From Leucoraja erinacea (lineage: Eukaryota): 64,000 bases of DNA. The stretch's first letter is position 1. Every line of letters starts with the position of its first letter. Location of the stretch: the NCBI RefSeq assembly GCF_028641065.1, contig NC_073387.1:3162001-3226000 (forward strand), written 5' to 3'. The position numbers and the translations under genes were made by a program. Below the pieces are notes generated by a model. It was given only the letters and a program-made list of their open reading frames with translations, did not search any database and was not told the DNA's origin. Of this stretch, positions 63,503 to 64,000 are shown piece after piece.

Positions 63503-64000
63503 CAGATTCAGATTCAAACGTTATTGTCATTGTGCAGTGTACAATACAGACAACGAAATGCAGTTAGCATCTCCCTAGAAGAGCGACATAGGATATGAGC
63601 AATAAATAAATATATTTACGTGCATACAGTCACAGTAGTGCAATTATTTATTTATTTTCCTGGTGAAAGGAGTGTCTGAGAAGGAGTGACTGGCAATCAC
63701 CGAGGTACAGTGTTGAGTAATGTAACAGCCGCAAGGAAGAAGCTGTTCCTGGACCTGCTGGTCCGGCAATGGAGAGATCTGTAGCGCCTCCCGGATGGTA
63801 GGAAGGTAAACAGTCTGTGGTTGGGGTGAGAGCAGTCCTTGATGATGCTGAGCGCCCTTCGCAGACAACGCTTGCTTTGGACAGACTCAATGGAGGGGAG
63901 TGAGGAACCGGTGATGCGTTGGGCAATTTTCACCACCCTCTGCAGTGCTTTCCGGTCGGAGACAGAGCAGTTGCCATACCATACTCAACAGCTGGAAAGA
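63503..64000 (-). mobile_element. Rex1/Babar-like LINE 3' end, running off the window
   Basis: VWYGNCS..DRKALQRVVKIAQRITG..LP...HP..LF..LPSGRRYRS; (TGAATC)n tail. Confidence 0.85.

Overview
Repeat-dense vertebrate genomic DNA; the repeat complement (HE1-like V-SINEs, HER1-like CR1 LINEs, abundant Penelope-derived hairpins) suggests a cartilaginous fish, probably a skate or ray (inference). It holds two partial genes, both on the minus strand: the last seven coding exons and ~2.8 kb 3'UTR of ETF1/eRF1 (about 34135-62889), and the first three coding exons plus CpG-rich promoter region of an FGF8/17/18/24-subfamily gene, most like FGF18 (3020-7874). The rest is mostly transposon-derived: CR1 (one copy with an intact 964-codon ORF2), L2, RTE-X, Rex1/Babar, Penelope-like elements, SINEs and MITEs, often nested. 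The most striking observation is a ~135-145 bp non-autonomous retroelement, three copies each with an 11-13 bp TSD. It consists only of a ~54 nt minimal HDV-like ribozyme fold starting at the insertion boundary, plus a short (GAA)n-tailed 3' end. A second element at 20927-21129 carries a different HDV-like fold and the same kind of tail. Many Penelope-derived repeats carry a minimal hammerhead core. All structures were read by eye and none is computationally or experimentally verified. Most short ORFs in the track are repeat-derived or spurious.
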